In this document: positions 25,771 through 36,983 of the stretch, one piece after another
How positions within the stretch are numbered: the stretch's first letter is position 1
How the letters are laid out: each line of letters opens with the position of its first letter
From: Candidatus Dormibacteria bacterium
Lineage (GTDB): Bacteria; Chloroflexota; Dormibacteria; DASZGP01
Direction: 5' to 3'
Assembly: GCA_046262455.1 (NCBI GenBank)
Contig: JBHEMS010000061.1
Location: forward strand, 51 to 64,050
DNA length: 64,000 nt
Program-made: the position numbers and the translations under genes
Notes under the pieces: model-generated
What the model saw: only the letters and a program-made list of their open reading frames with translations
Told to the model about the DNA's origin: nothing
The model's database searches: none

Positions 25771-27926
25771 AATACACCCAACGGAGGCAGGGTCATCGCG
25801 GCCGAGAAATGCTGACCGTGCCAGGCGTCGCGCTCCGCGGTCACGGCGCCGAGGTTGCCCGTGTTGGACCCCCCGTACAGGTCAGCGTCGGTGTTGAGGA
25901 CCTCTCGCCACTCGCCCTCAAGCGGCAGCCCCACACGGAAGTCCTCGCGCACGGCCGCCGACAGGTTGGCGACACAGACCAGGCCCGGGTGTCCGGCCGC
26001 GTCGAAGCGGATGAACGAGACGACGTTCTGCTCCGCGTTGCCCGCGTCGAGCCAACTGAAACCGTCGGCGCTGAAGTCCCTTTGCCACAGCGCCGGGGTG
26101 CGCCGGTAAGCGCCGTTGATGTCGCGCACCAACCGCTGAACGCCGGCGTGACGGGGCTGCTCCAACAGGTGCCAGTCAATGGCAGCGTCGTGTGACCACT
26201 CGCCTTGCTGCCCGATCTCCCCACCCATGAAGATCAGCTTGTTACCCGGGTGCGCCCACATCCAGGCGAGCATGGCCCGCAGGTTGGCGAACCGCCGCCA
26301 CTCATCCCCGGGCTGCTTGCCCAGCAGGGAGCCCTTGCCATGGACGACCTCGTCGTGGGACAGCGGCAGGATGAAGCGCTCCGACCACGCGTATATCAGT
26401 CCAAATGTCAGCTCGTGGTGGTGGTACCGGCGGTAAACCGGGTCGTGGTTGAAGTAGTCCAGGGTGTCGTGCATCCAGCCCATGTTCCACTTGCGGCTGA
26501 ACCCCAGCCCGCCCATCTGGGCCGGTCGCGAGACCCCGGGCCACGCCGTCGACTCCTCGGCGATGGTCAGGGCCCCGTGGTAGTCGTCGGCGACCATCTG
26601 GGTCATCTCGCGGAGCATTGCGACAGCCTCCAGGTTCTCCCGGCCGCCGTAGCGGTTGGGTACCCACTCGCCCGCCTTGCGCGAGTAGTCGAGGTAGAGC
26701 ATCGAGGCCACCGCGTCCACTCGCAGACCGTCGACGTGGAACTCGTCGATCCAGTAGCGAGCGTTGCTGACCAGGAAGTTACGCACCTCGTTGCGCCCGT
26801 AGTTGAAAACCAGCGTGCCCCAGTCCGGGTGCTCCCCGAGCCTGGGATCGGAGTGCTCGTAGAGCGCGGTACCGTCAAAATGCGCCAGCGCCCACTCGTC
26901 CTTGGGGAAGTGCGCGGGCACCCAGTCGATGATCACGCCGACGCCGCGCTGATGGAGGTGATCGATCATGAAGCGCAGGTCGTCGGGCGAACCGAACCGC
27001 GAGGTAGGCGCGTAGTAGCTGGTCACCTGGTACCCCCACGATCCGCCAAAGGGGTGCTCGGCAAGGGGCATGAACTGCACGTGAGTGAACCCCATCTCCA
27101 CGCAGTAGTCGGCGATCTCGTTGGCGGCCTCTCGGTATGACAGGCTCTCACCGTCGGGGCCACGTCGCCACGAGCCGAGGTGGACCTCGTAGATGGACAG
27201 TGGGCGGGCGTCCACGTCGCCGTCCCCCCGGCGCTTGATCCAGGCGGCGTCCTGCCACGCGTGCGCGGAGTCGGTGACAACGCTGCCCGTCTGAGGCGGG
27301 AGCTGGGCAGCGCGCGCAATCGGGTCTGCCTTCTGGCTAATGCGTCCGCCGCGCTGCACGACCTCGTACTTGTAGACCGCGCCAGCCCCGATTCCCGGGA
27401 CGAAGAGCTCCCAGACACCGGAAACCCCCAGCGAGCGCATGAAGTGCACCTGGTTGTTCCAGAAGGTGACGTCGCTGACCAGGCGAACCGCCGTGGCGTT
27501 GGGTGCCCAGACGCTGAAGGCGGTGCCGCGAACGCCCTGGTGGGAGATGACCCGGGCACCCAGGGCGTCCCACAGGCGCCGGTGGTTGCCCTCACCAATA
27601 AGGTGCAGGTCAAGGTCGCCAAGTGTTGGGGCAAACCGGTAGGGATCATCCACCTCCCAGGATTCCTCCCCGGCAAAGAAGCGCATCCTGTAACCGATGT
27701 ATCCGGCCAGGTAGCCCAGGAAGAGGCCGCGTGGATCCTCGCGCTCCATGGGCACCTCGTCCTGGTCGCTGACCAGAACCGCGCGGTCGGCGGAGGGGTG
27801 AAAGGCGCGCACCTCCCAGCCGCCCTCAACCGGGTGCCTGCCCAGGAAGGAATGCGGGTCGGCGCTCTGGCCGCTGAGAAGCTGGTTGACCGCGGTCTGG
27901 TAGTCGATCCCCAGGCTCTCAGTCAT
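25719..27926 (-). CDS. glgB: 1,4-alpha-glucan branching enzyme
   Basis: 735 aa with GH13 motifs DWVPAHF, GLRVDAVASMLY, IAEESTAWP and SHDEVVHGK. Confidence 0.97.
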   Translation of the reverse strand: MTESLGIDYQTAVNQLLSGQSADPHSFLGRHPVEGGWEVRAFHPSADRAVLVSDQDEVPMEREDPRGLFLGYLAGYIGYRMRFFAGEESWEVDDPYRFAPTLGDLDLHLIGEGNHRRLWDALGARVISHQGVRGTAFSVWAPNATAVRLVSDVTFWNNQVHFMRSLGVSGVWELFVPGIGAGAVYKYEVVQRGGRISQKADPIARAAQLPPQTGSVVTDSAHAWQDAAWIKRRGDGDVDARPLSIYEVHLGSWRRGPDGESLSYREAANEIADYCVEMGFTHVQFMPLAEHPFGGSWGYQVTSYYAPTSRFGSPDDLRFMIDHLHQRGVGVIIDWVPAHFPKDEWALAHFDGTALYEHSDPRLGEHPDWGTLVFNYGRNEVRNFLVSNARYWIDEFHVDGLRVDAVASMLYLDYSRKAGEWVPNRYGGRENLEAVAMLREMTQMVADDYHGALTIAEESTAWPGVSRPAQMGGLGFSRKWNMGWMHDTLDYFNHDPVYRRYHHHELTFGLIYAWSERFILPLSHDEVVHGKGSLLGKQPGDEWRRFANLRAMLAWMWAHPGNKLIFMGGEIGQQGEWSHDAAIDWHLLEQPRHAGVQRLVRDINGAYRRTPALWQRDFSADGFSWLDAGNAEQNVVSFIRFDAAGHPGLVCVANLSAAVREDFRVGLPLEGEWREVLNTDADLYGGSNTGNLGAVTAERDAWHGQHFSAAMTLPPLGVLWLAPPSPEAAEKRKAN

Positions 27927-29433
27927 CGCCCGCCCCTCTGAGCAGGAATCGCAGCGGTATGTGCACCCACTCCGGGCGGTTTCCCAGCTCGTAGCCGACC
28001 TCGTAAACGGCCTTCTGAGTCTCGAACACGCGGCGCATCTTCAAGGCGTCGGCCCCCGGCGGCACCACGCGGTTGTCCCCCAGCTCGTCAATGTATGCCT
28101 GCCAGAAAACCTCGCGGTTCAACTCCGCCCATGCCTCTCCGAACTCCGCCATGACCTCGTACTCGGCGTTGCCCGGCTCGTCCCAGTTGCGCAGCTCGAC
28201 CGCGGCCGCGTAGTCGTAGGAACGCATCATCCCGGCCACGTCCCGCAGCGGGGAGGAACGCCAGCGGCGCGCCTGGGCACCGCGCGCGGGCTCGCCTTCG
28301 AAGTCGAGCACCGTCCAGCCGCCGTCGGTCCGCAGCAACTGCCCGAGGTGGTAGTCGCCGTGGTACCGGATCGCCAGCCCACCGTCGCCAATGTCGGTGA
28401 TTGATTGGATGCGGCGCGCGATGCGATCACGGGCCCCGCGCAGCTCCTCCAGGCCGTCGCCCCCACGCGCCAGCAACTCGTCCAGGTCCTCGGTCATCTC
28501 CTCGGCCCAGCGCGAAAGGAGTTCGCCGTCGGCTTTGCGGGGACGCAGCGCCTCCCCGGGAGCTGGCCCACTCAGGGCGAGGTGCATGCGGGCGGTGACG
28601 CGCGCGATCCTCTCCGACTCGGCCTCGAAGGTCGCCCCCTGCTCGCGGACCACGCGGGCCGCGTGCCGGCGCTCGGTGTTGCCCGTCTCTTCGGCGTGGG
28701 CGTAGAGATCTCGAAGCGACGCCAGCGCCAGCGTCCAGCCATCAGTGCCGTTGTGGAGGTAGGGCTGGACCATCGCCAGCAGTGACGCGTCGCCGCCGGC
28801 TGTGAGGTACTCCATGACTCCCAATGGCGCCGCCACGTTCTCGAACCCCGCCGCGGCGAGGGCCTCGAGCATCTCAAGCTCGGGCGACTGACCCACGGTC
28901 AGCCTGCGAAAGCACTTCATCACCTCCAGCTCGCCGCGCACCAGCGAGGTGTTGCTCTGCTCCCGTCCAAGTGGCCGAACCGCCGCAGGGCCGGCGTCGT
29001 CCTCAATCGACAAGCCATTGCTTCGGCACACCAGCGTACCTTCCCCCATCGACAGCTCGGCCCCACTGGCGACCGTCTCCCAGAGTGCGTATGACGGCTC
29101 ACCGCCGTGGAGGGCGTCATATACCAGCACCGGCCGGCCGTCGCGCTCCCCGGCCCCCACCACCACACCCTCCCAGATACCGCCGATTCCCTCCGCCTGC
29201 ACCGCCAGCGGGACGTGGTACCGGTCACTCTCCCCCACGCTGTACCCCACCTCCACGATGACGCTTAGGACCATCGGCTCGCCCTCTTTGAGAACGCCGA
29301 TGTCCACCACCCGTACCGATTGCAGCTCGCGCTCGCGACGCCCAAACCAACGCTGGCGGGGCAGGTATTCGCGGAGCTGTTCCTCGACGTTCTGCAGCCC
29401 ATGTCGCGAGAGGGTGTCCGCAAGGCGGCTCAT
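27919..29433 (-). CDS. pep2: maltokinase (maltose 1-phosphate-forming, Pep2/Mak)
   Basis: 504 aa with [27 protein letters not shown]...[16 protein letters not shown]. It lies between treS and glgB, as in GlgE-pathway clusters. Confidence 0.9.
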   Translation of the reverse strand: MSRLADTLSRHGLQNVEEQLREYLPRQRWFGRRERELQSVRVVDIGVLKEGEPMVLSVIVEVGYSVGESDRYHVPLAVQAEGIGGIWEGVVVGAGERDGRPVLVYDALHGGEPSYALWETVASGAELSMGEGTLVCRSNGLSIEDDAGPAAVRPLGREQSNTSLVRGELEVMKCFRRLTVGQSPELEMLEALAAAGFENVAAPLGVMEYLTAGGDASLLAMVQPYLHNGTDGWTLALASLRDLYAHAEETGNTERRHAARVVREQGATFEAESERIARVTARMHLALSGPAPGEALRPRKADGELLSRWAEEMTEDLDELLARGGDGLEELRGARDRIARRIQSITDIGDGGLAIRYHGDYHLGQLLRTDGGWTVLDFEGEPARGAQARRWRSSPLRDVAGMMRSYDYAAAVELRNWDEPGNAEYEVMAEFGEAWAELNREVFWQAYIDELGDNRVVPPGADALKMRRVFETQKAVYEVGYELGNRPEWVHIPLRFLLRGAGDD

Positions 29434-31136
29434 GCCTTACCTTCGACCGTGAACCAGTAGAAACCGTGCGGGCCCATGGTCAGGAGGTACGGCAGCTCGC
29501 CGATGCGCGGGAACTGCACCCGCCCGAGGAGCTCCACCGGGGTGTGCCCGTTGAACCGGCGCAGGTCGAGCTCGACCGGCTGGGGGAACCTGGAGAGGTT
29601 GTTGACGCAGAGGATCGTGTCCCTGTCGTTGTAGCGCAGGAAGGCGAACACCGAAGGGTTGCTGGCGTCCAGCACCTCGAACTCACCGTCCCCAAACACC
29701 TGGTGACGGTGGCGGACTGCCAGGAAGCGCCGCAGCCAGTGCAGCATCGACGACGGGTTTCGCTGTTCGGCCTCGACATTGAGAGCCTGGTAGCCATACA
29801 CGGGGTCCATCAGCGGCGGCAGGTAGAGCCTCGCGAAGTCGGCGCGCGAGAACCCACCGTTGCGGTCCCCGTTCCACTGCATCGGCGTGCGCACGCCGTC
29901 GCGGTCACCGAGGTAGATGTTGTCGCCCATCCCGATCTCGTCGCCGTAATAGAGGATGGGCGTCCCCGGCAGGGACAGCAGCAACCCGTAAAAGAGCTCC
30001 ATCTGCCGCCGGCCATTCTCCAGCAGCGGGGCCAGCCGGCGTCGGATTCCCAGGTTCAGCTTCATGCGCGGGTCCCGCGCGTACTCCGTCCACATGTAGT
30101 CGCGCTCCTCGTCGGTGACCATCTCCAGGGTCAGCTCGTCGTGGTTGCGCAGGAATATCCCCCACTGCGCGCCGCCGGGGATCTTGGGTGTCCGCTCCAG
30201 TATCTCCGTCATCGGGTAGCGCTGTTCGCGCCGGAGCGACATGAACATGCGCGGCATGATCGGGAAGTGAAAACACATGTGGCACTCCGGGCGCTCCTCG
30301 GTGCCGAAGTAGTCGACGACGTCTTCGGGCCACTGGTTGGCCTCCGCCAGCAGCACCTTGTCACCGTCGTACTCCCGGTCGATGACCTCCCGCAGCTCCG
30401 CCAGATAGGCGTGGGTCTCGGGCAGGTTCTCACAGATGGTGTCGTCGCGCTCGAAGAGGTAGGGAACGGCGTCCAGCCGGAACCCGTCCAACCCCAGGTC
30501 GAGCCAGAAACGGATCACGTCCAGCATTGCCGCGCGGACCTCGGGGTTGTCGTAGTTGAGGTCCGGTTGATGGCTGAAAAAACGGTGGAAGTAGAACTGC
30601 CCCGCCTGCTCATCCCAGGCCCAGTTGGAGGTCTCGGTGTCAATGAAGATGATGCGGGCCTTGCTGTAACGGTCGGGAGTGTCGGACCAGACGTACCAGT
30701 CGCGCTTGGCACTGTCCCGCGATGACCGCGCCTCCTGGAACCAGGCATGCTGGTCGGAGGTGTGGTTCATGACCATGTCCATGACCACGCGCATGCCGCG
30801 CTCGTGCGCCTTGGCGACAAGCTCGCGGACGTTATCTACGCTGCCGTACTCCGGCTGCACGGTGTAGTAGTCGGCAATGTCGTAGCCGCCGTCGCGCAGG
30901 GGGCTGCGGTTGACCGGGAGCAACCAGATGCAGTCGACACCCAGCCACTGCAGGTAGTCGAGCTTGGCGATCAGCCCGGGGAGGTCGCCGACCCCGTCGT
31001 CGTTGCTGTCCGCGAATCCCCGTACCAGTAGCTCGTAGAACACGCCGTGCCGATACCACAGCTTGTCCTTGGTCGACTCCGGGACCGCCAGGTCACGGGA
31101 CTCGCTGCGTCCGGACTTCACGGTGGTGGCCATCAA
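29430..31136 (-). CDS. treS: trehalose synthase / maltose alpha-D-glucosyltransferase
   Basis: [66 protein letters not shown] and [11 protein letters not shown]. Confidence 0.97.
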   Translation of the reverse strand: MMATTVKSGRSESRDLAVPESTKDKLWYRHGVFYELLVRGFADSNDDGVGDLPGLIAKLDYLQWLGVDCIWLLPVNRSPLRDGGYDIADYYTVQPEYGSVDNVRELVAKAHERGMRVVMDMVMNHTSDQHAWFQEARSSRDSAKRDWYVWSDTPDRYSKARIIFIDTETSNWAWDEQAGQFYFHRFFSHQPDLNYDNPEVRAAMLDVIRFWLDLGLDGFRLDAVPYLFERDDTICENLPETHAYLAELREVIDREYDGDKVLLAEANQWPEDVVDYFGTEERPECHMCFHFPIMPRMFMSLRREQRYPMTEILERTPKIPGGAQWGIFLRNHDELTLEMVTDEERDYMWTEYARDPRMKLNLGIRRRLAPLLENGRRQMELFYGLLLSLPGTPILYYGDEIGMGDNIYLGDRDGVRTPMQWNGDRNGGFSRADFARLYLPPLMDPVYGYQALNVEAEQRNPSSMLHWLRRFLAVRHRHQVFGDGEFEVLDASNPSVFAFLRYNDRDTILCVNNLSRFPQPVELDLRRFNGHTPVELLGRVQFPRIGELPYLLTMGPHGFYWFTVEGKA

Positions 31137-33097
31137 CCCGCGTCCCCGCGCTTCACCGCAAACGCGTGGGCCACGACGTCGCGCGGGTCCAGCCGCAGGT
31201 AGTTGGCCGCGCCGTGCCAGGCATAGGTCGCACCCCCCAGTTCATCCTGCACGACGTAGCTCTCATCGTGGCCAATGCCCAACTCGTCGAGGTCCAGCCA
31301 GGTGCTCGCCTCGTGCACGTTGAAGGGGTCGGTATTGACGGCGACGAGCAGGATGTCGCCGGTCCTGGGGTCGCGCCGAGAGAAGCACAGGATGTCCTCA
31401 CTGTCCACCTGTTGCACCCTCAGGGTCCGCAGGGAGGAGATGGCTCCGCGGTGGCGGCGGCGGATCTCATTGAGACGGGCGATGTACGGCGCGAGTGACT
31501 CGGGACCGTCCCAGCGCCGCGGACGGAACTGGTACTTCTCCGAGTCCATGTACTCCTCGCTGCCCTCCCGTACAGGGATGTTCTCGTACAACTCGAAGCC
31601 GCTGTACATGCCCCATGACGGACACCCAAGGGCGGCGAGAGCGGCGCGGATGCGAAATGCCGGCTGACCCCCGCGCTGCAAGAACTCATGCAGGATGTCG
31701 GGAGTGTTCACCCAGAAGTTGGGGCGGAAGTAGTCGACCGCGTCGCCCTGCGACAGCTCCGTCAGGTACTCGCGCAGCTCCCAGGCGCGGTTGCGCCAGG
31801 TGAAGTACGTGTAGCTCTGGCTGAAGCCGATCTTGGCGAGGCGCTCCATCATCCGCGGCCGGGTGAATGCCTCGGCCAGGAAGATGACGTCGGGGTACTC
31901 CTCATGCACCCCCTGGATCAACCATTGCCAGAAGGGCAGCGCCTTGGTGTGCGGGTTGTCCACCCGGAAGACCCGTACCCCGTGCGCGATCCAGAAGTCC
32001 ATTACATCCCGCAGGGCGGCCCACAGTTCCGCGCGGGTCTCGCTCTCGAAGTTGATGGGGTAGATGTCCTGGTATTTCTTGGGCGGGTTCTCGGCGTACT
32101 TGATGGACCCGTCCGGCCGCTGGCTGAACCATTCCGGGTGCTCGCTCACCCATGGGTGGTCGGGGCTGCACTGCAACGCGTAATCCAGCGCAACCTCGAG
32201 GCCCTCCCTGTGCGCCGCGGCGACGAAGGCGTCGAAGTCCGCGAGGGTACCCAGCCCTGGGTCCACCGCCTTGTGGCCTCCCGCCTCCCCCCCGATCGCC
32301 CACGGTGAGCCAGGGTCGTCAGGGCCGGCCGTCAAGGCATTGTTGGGACCCTTGCGAAAGCTCTCTCCAATCGGATGGATCGGCGGAAGATACACGATGT
32401 CGAATCCCATCTCGGCGATCGCCGGCAGGCGCGCCGCGGCAGCCTTGAAGTTGCCTCCCTTCGTCGCCGTGGCGCCCTCGGAGCGCGGGAACATCTCGTA
32501 CCACGCGGAGAACCCGGCGCGCTCGCGATCAACCCAGACCGGGAAGGGACCGGCGGTCGAGGCCGTGTCCCACGGGGCGGTCCTCCGCATCAGCGTCACC
32601 GCCGAGACGGCACCCGCAGTCCTGACGCAGCGCGCCGCGGCGCCGGGGTCACGCAGGGCGGAAGCCAGCTTACGCAGCGCCGAGGCATCCTTATCCGCGA
32701 GACCCGTGAGCCCCGCACGACGCTCGACTAAGGTCGCGCCCTCCTCCAGCTCGAGCCGGACGTCCTGACCGGCCTGGAGCTTGATGGCGGTGTCGCGGAG
32801 CCAGGTGCCGTAGTGGTCGACCATCCCCGCGATCTCGAACTCCCAGGCCCCCACGGCATCGGACGTGAACTCGCCCTCCCAACGGTCGTTGATGCCCTCC
32901 ACCATCGGCGACTCGCGGCGCCGCGCGGGATCGTGCGCAGGCCACGCCGCAACCCTCGCCATCAGCTGGTCGTGGCCATCGGCAAAGACGTCCGCCCGGA
33001 CGGGGATCGCCTGGCCGGTGATGCCTTTGGCGGCGAAGCCCGGCGGTCGAACGGTGGGACGCACGCCCTCGATCGCCACCCGGGATGTGTAGATCAT
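31133..33097 (-). CDS. glgE: alpha-1,4-glucan:maltose-1-phosphate maltosyltransferase
   Basis: [22 protein letters not shown]...[22 protein letters not shown] and FLAEAFTRP. Confidence 0.95.
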   Translation of the reverse strand: MIYTSRVAIEGVRPTVRPPGFAAKGITGQAIPVRADVFADGHDQLMARVAAWPAHDPARRRESPMVEGINDRWEGEFTSDAVGAWEFEIAGMVDHYGTWLRDTAIKLQAGQDVRLELEEGATLVERRAGLTGLADKDASALRKLASALRDPGAAARCVRTAGAVSAVTLMRRTAPWDTASTAGPFPVWVDRERAGFSAWYEMFPRSEGATATKGGNFKAAAARLPAIAEMGFDIVYLPPIHPIGESFRKGPNNALTAGPDDPGSPWAIGGEAGGHKAVDPGLGTLADFDAFVAAAHREGLEVALDYALQCSPDHPWVSEHPEWFSQRPDGSIKYAENPPKKYQDIYPINFESETRAELWAALRDVMDFWIAHGVRVFRVDNPHTKALPFWQWLIQGVHEEYPDVIFLAEAFTRPRMMERLAKIGFSQSYTYFTWRNRAWELREYLTELSQGDAVDYFRPNFWVNTPDILHEFLQRGGQPAFRIRAALAALGCPSWGMYSGFELYENIPVREGSEEYMDSEKYQFRPRRWDGPESLAPYIARLNEIRRRHRGAISSLRTLRVQQVDSEDILCFSRRDPRTGDILLVAVNTDPFNVHEASTWLDLDELGIGHDESYVVQDELGGATYAWHGAANYLRLDPRDVVAHAFAVKRGDAG

Positions 33098-35190
33098 CGC
33101 TGGCGCCTGAGGGCGACCACGGAGCGTCCGGTGACCGCCACGTGCTCCCCGGGACCGACGAAGCGCCAGCCCTCGGGCTCCCGTGGCCGAGCGGTGTCCA
33201 GCACCACCTCCCAGCGATCGGCCCCACCGTGGGGCAGCGCGAACGCCTGGTTCTCCTCGCCGGCGTTGAGGATCACCGCAAGCGAGTCACCCACGATGCG
33301 CTCCCCCCGGGGACCGCGGTCGGTGATCGCCTCGCCGTTGAGCAGCATGCCGACGCCACGCACGCTGTCGTTGTTCCAGTCGTCGCCGCCGAACTCCTGG
33401 CCGTCGGCCCGGAACCACGTGATGTCGCGCCTGCGGGGCGCGTACTCGCCCTCGAAGAAGCGCTGCCGCCGGAGCACTGGTTGCGCGGCGCGCAGTTCGA
33501 TCAGCCGCCGCGTGAAGTCCAGGAGGTCGAGGTCGGCGTTCTCCCAGTCCAGCCAGGAGGTCTGGTTGTCCTGGCAGTAGGCATTGTTGTTGCCACCCTG
33601 GGTCCGGCCAATCTCGTCCCCCGCGAGCAGCATGGGACATCCCTGCGACAGGAAAAGCGAGGCCAGGAAGTTGCGCTGCTGCCGGTCACGCAACTTACTG
33701 ACCTCGGGATCGGTCGACGGTCCCTCCACCCCGCAGTTCCAGGAGCGGTTGTCATCGGTTCCGTCACGGCTGTCTTCGCCGTTGGCCTCGTTGTGCTTCT
33801 GGTTGTAGGACACCAGGTCGCGCAGCGAGAAGCCGTCGTGCGCGGTCACGAAGTTGATGCTCGACCACGGGCGCCGGCCGTCCTCCTGGTAGAGGTCACT
33901 GGAGCCGGTCAGGCGATAGGCCAGGTCGCGCACGCCGGAGGCGCCTCGCCAGTAGTCGCGCAGCGTGTCGCGGTACTTGCCGTTCCACTCCGCCCATCGA
34001 ACCGGGAAGTTGCCGACCTGGTAGCCACCCTCCCCCACGTCCCACGGCTCGGCCACCAACTTCACCTGGGAGAGCACGGGATCCTGGTGAATGATGTCAA
34101 AGAAGGCGGACAGCCTGTCGACCTCGTAGAACTGCCTGGCAAGGGCGGAGGCGAGGTCGAACCGAAAGCCGTCCACGTGCATCTCGGTAACCCAGTAGCG
34201 GAGGCTGTCCATGATCAGCTGCAGGGTCTGCGGCTGCCCCACGTTCAGTGAATTGCCCGTCCCGGTGACGTCGAAATATGAGCGCGGGTCGTTCTCCATG
34301 AGGCGGTAATAGGAAGGGTTGTCGATGCCCTTGAAGCTGAGGGTCGGACCGAGGTGGTTGCCCTCGCACGTGTGGTTGTAAACGACGTCAAGGATGACCT
34401 CGAAGCCGGCCGCGTGGAGGGTGCGGACCATGGCCTTGAACTCCCGCACCTGCTCGCCGCGTCCGCCTTTTGAGCAGTAGCGCCCCTCGGGCGCGAAGTA
34501 CCCCAGCGAGTCGTACCCCCAGTAGTTCACCAGTCCTCGGTCGACGAGGAACTCGGGGTCGATGAACTGGTGCACCGGCATGAGCTCCACGGCCGTCACG
34601 CCGAGCCTCTGCAGGTGATCCAGGGTCGCCGGGTGCGCGAGCCCGGCGTAGGTGCCGCGGAGGTCGGCCGGGATGTCGGGGTGCAGTTTGGTCAGGCCCT
34701 TGACGTGCGTCTCATAGATGACGGTGTCGGCCCAGGGGACATTGGGGCGGTGATCGTCGCCCCAGGGAAAATGCGGGTCGATCACCACCGAGCGCGGCAT
34801 GTTGGGCGCGGAGTCGAGGCCGCTGGGATGGGTGTCGTCCTGGCCGAGCTCGTAGCCGAAAACCTCCGGGCCCCATGTGACGCTCCCGGCAATGGCACGG
34901 GCGTAGGGATCGACCAGCAGCTTGTTGGGGTTGTGGCGCAGGCCGCGGGCCGGCTCATACGGGCCGTGCACCCGGTAGCCGTAGCGCTGCCCCGGCCCGA
35001 CGCCATAAACGTAGCCATGCCAGCTGAGGTCGGTCTTCTCGGCGAGCTCCAGGCTCTGGGTGCCCCCGTCGGCGTCGAACAGCACCAATTCCACCCACTC
35101 GGCGCTGGCGGAGAACAGTGAGAAATTCGTGCCCTCCCCGTCCCAGGTCGCCCCCAGCGGGAAGTTACGGCCGGGCCACGCGGCCTTCAA
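33094..35190 (-). CDS. glgX: glycogen debranching enzyme GlgX
   Basis: [44 protein letters not shown] and NFVTAHDGF. Confidence 0.96.
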   Translation of the reverse strand: MKAAWPGRNFPLGATWDGEGTNFSLFSASAEWVELVLFDADGGTQSLELAEKTDLSWHGYVYGVGPGQRYGYRVHGPYEPARGLRHNPNKLLVDPYARAIAGSVTWGPEVFGYELGQDDTHPSGLDSAPNMPRSVVIDPHFPWGDDHRPNVPWADTVIYETHVKGLTKLHPDIPADLRGTYAGLAHPATLDHLQRLGVTAVELMPVHQFIDPEFLVDRGLVNYWGYDSLGYFAPEGRYCSKGGRGEQVREFKAMVRTLHAAGFEVILDVVYNHTCEGNHLGPTLSFKGIDNPSYYRLMENDPRSYFDVTGTGNSLNVGQPQTLQLIMDSLRYWVTEMHVDGFRFDLASALARQFYEVDRLSAFFDIIHQDPVLSQVKLVAEPWDVGEGGYQVGNFPVRWAEWNGKYRDTLRDYWRGASGVRDLAYRLTGSSDLYQEDGRRPWSSINFVTAHDGFSLRDLVSYNQKHNEANGEDSRDGTDDNRSWNCGVEGPSTDPEVSKLRDRQQRNFLASLFLSQGCPMLLAGDEIGRTQGGNNNAYCQDNQTSWLDWENADLDLLDFTRRLIELRAAQPVLRRQRFFEGEYAPRRRDITWFRADGQEFGGDDWNNDSVRGVGMLLNGEAITDRGPRGERIVGDSLAVILNAGEENQAFALPHGGADRWEVVLDTARPREPEGWRFVGPGEHVAVTGRSVVALRRQR

Positions 35191-35291
35191 ACGTCGGTCA
35201 GTTGTTGCAGCCCAACGGGCGTCAAAACCCGAGGAAGGGCCTTGCTACGATCCCTGGCGTGTTTGCAGCCGACAGCCATCATGCGCATTAG

Positions 35292-36983
35292 GTGATAACG
35301 CAATTGTATCGAGGGGGGTTCGGCGTGCAGCCCGGGTATGTAGACGCCTGGGGCCGCCCAAAGAGAGCCAACCCCGACACCGTCAGCCTCCTGCGGGAGG
35401 CGCTGGGGGACTCCGCGAGCGCCGCGCCCGACGCGCGCTCGGCCGCGCTGAACAGGCGCCGACGAACCTGTTACCTGCCGCCGGGGCCCCAGCTCTGGGG
35501 CTGGGCCGCCCAGCTCTATGCGGTCCGCTCGGCCCGTAGCTGGGGTATCGGGGACCTCGGCGACCTGCGCCGCCTGGCCTCGTGGTCGCGAGGCCTGGGA
35601 GCGGGCTTCGTGCAGCTGAACCCGCTCCACGCATCTTCGCCGCAACCACCCGTCCAGCCCAGCCCGTACTACCCTTCCAGCCGGCGCTTCAGGGACCCGC
35701 TCTACATCGCGGTCGAGGATGTCCCCGGCTTTCGCACGGTGGCCTCGAAGGTCGAGCCCATCGGGCAGCTGGCGCGTGCGCTCAACCAGCACCGCCTCAT
35801 CGATCGGAACACAGTGCTCACCGCCAAGCTGCGCGCCCTGGAAGCGATCTGGGCAGCTGGCCCGCCCACGCGCGGCATGGGCGATTACGCCGCCTTCGCG
35901 GGCCCCGGTCTCGACACCTACGCGCTCTACTGCGCGCTGGCGGAAATCCACGGCGCCGACTGGCGGCTGTGGCCCTTGGCACTGCGCCGGCCCGCGGGGC
36001 AGGCGGCCAAGCGGGCGGCGCAGGAACTCCGGCCGCGCGTCGAATTCCATCGCTGGCTGCAGTGGCTGCTCGACCAGCAGCTGGGTCGAGCCGCAGGGGA
36101 GCTGGCACCTATCTGCGATCTCGCCATCGGCGCCGACCCCGGGGGCGGCGACGCCTGGACCTGGCACGACGAACTGATTCCCGGGTTCACGGTCGGGGCG
36201 CCGCCGGACAGTCTCAACCTGGCGGGACAGGACTGGGGCTTCCCGGCCTTCAACCCCACTGCGCTGGCGGCGTCGGGCTTCGCCCCCATTCGACAGACGG
36301 TGAGGGCCAACCTGCGTCACGCCGCGGGGCTGCGCATCGACCACGTCATGGGGCTGTTCCGCCTCTGGCTCATCCCCCACGGCGCAGCTGCCGACGACGG
36401 CGCATACGTCACCTTCCCGGCCGAGCCGATGCTGGATGTGCTCGCCGAGGAGAGCCGCGCCGCCTCCGCGCTGATCGTCGGCGAGGACCTCGGCACGGTC
36501 CAACCCGAGGTGCGAATGGCGCTCCGGAGGCGCCGGGTCCTCTCCTACCGGCTGCTGTGGTTCGAGACCGGGTCACCACGGAGCTACCCGCGGCTGGCCC
36601 TGTCGGCCGTGACCACCCACGACCTGCCGACGGTCGCGGGGGTTTGGACCGGGTTCGACGAGCAGGCGATGTCGGCAGCGGGGTTGCAGGCCAACGGCGC
36701 CGCCAACCGCGAGATGGTGCGCAGGGTGGAGCGTCTTGGTGGCATCCCGGCAGCGGCGCCGGCAGCCGAGGCGGTCACCGCCGCCTACACGGCACTGCGG
36801 CGAAGCCCATCGCGCCTGCTCGCGGCGACGCTGGAGGATGCCCTCGTCGTGCCGGAGAGGCCGAACATGCCGGGGACCGTCGACGAGTGGCCCAATTGGT
36901 CCCTGGCTCTCCCCGGGGGCCTCGAGGGCATCCGAAGGTCGGCGTCAGCGCGCCGCCTTGCGGCGATCATGACTGGCGCGTGA
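35292..36983 (+). CDS. malQ: 4-alpha-glucanotransferase (amylomaltase)
   Basis: LNPLHA...PSPYYPSSRRF, LRIDHVMGLFRLW, IVGEDLGTV and TTHDLPT. The exact start (GTG 35292 or a downstream GTG) is uncertain. Confidence 0.92.
   Translation: MITQLYRGGFGVQPGYVDAWGRPKRANPDTVSLLREALGDSASAAPDARSAALNRRRRTCYLPPGPQLWGWAAQLYAVRSARSWGIGDLGDLRRLASWSRGLGAGFVQLNPLHASSPQPPVQPSPYYPSSRRFRDPLYIAVEDVPGFRTVASKVEPIGQLARALNQHRLIDRNTVLTAKLRALEAIWAAGPPTRGMGDYAAFAGPGLDTYALYCALAEIHGADWRLWPLALRRPAGQAAKRAAQELRPRVEFHRWLQWLLDQQLGRAAGELAPICDLAIGADPGGGDAWTWHDELIPGFTVGAPPDSLNLAGQDWGFPAFNPTALAASGFAPIRQTVRANLRHAAGLRIDHVMGLFRLWLIPHGAAADDGAYVTFPAEPMLDVLAEESRAASALIVGEDLGTVQPEVRMALRRRRVLSYRLLWFETGSPRSYPRLALSAVTTHDLPTVAGVWTGFDEQAMSAAGLQANGAANREMVRRVERLGGIPAAAPAAEAVTAAYTALRRSPSRLLAATLEDALVVPERPNMPGTVDEWPNWSLALPGGLEGIRRSASARRLAAIMTGA

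Noticed and set aside
35187-36503. A 438-aa minus-strand ORF lies antisense to malQ.
   Set aside because: It is a typical high-GC antisense open frame. It is low-complexity and Arg/Gly/Pro-rich with no recognisable motifs, and it is fully covered by a confidently identified gene on the other strand.
35582-36979. The 1278-aa ORF (35582..39418) suggests a giant protein fused to TreY.
   Set aside because: The first 466 codons or so read malQ in an alternate frame. Their composition is Arg/Gly/Pro/Ala-rich with no homology. TreY homology starts at ATYRLQL, just after GTG 36980, which overlaps the malQ stop.
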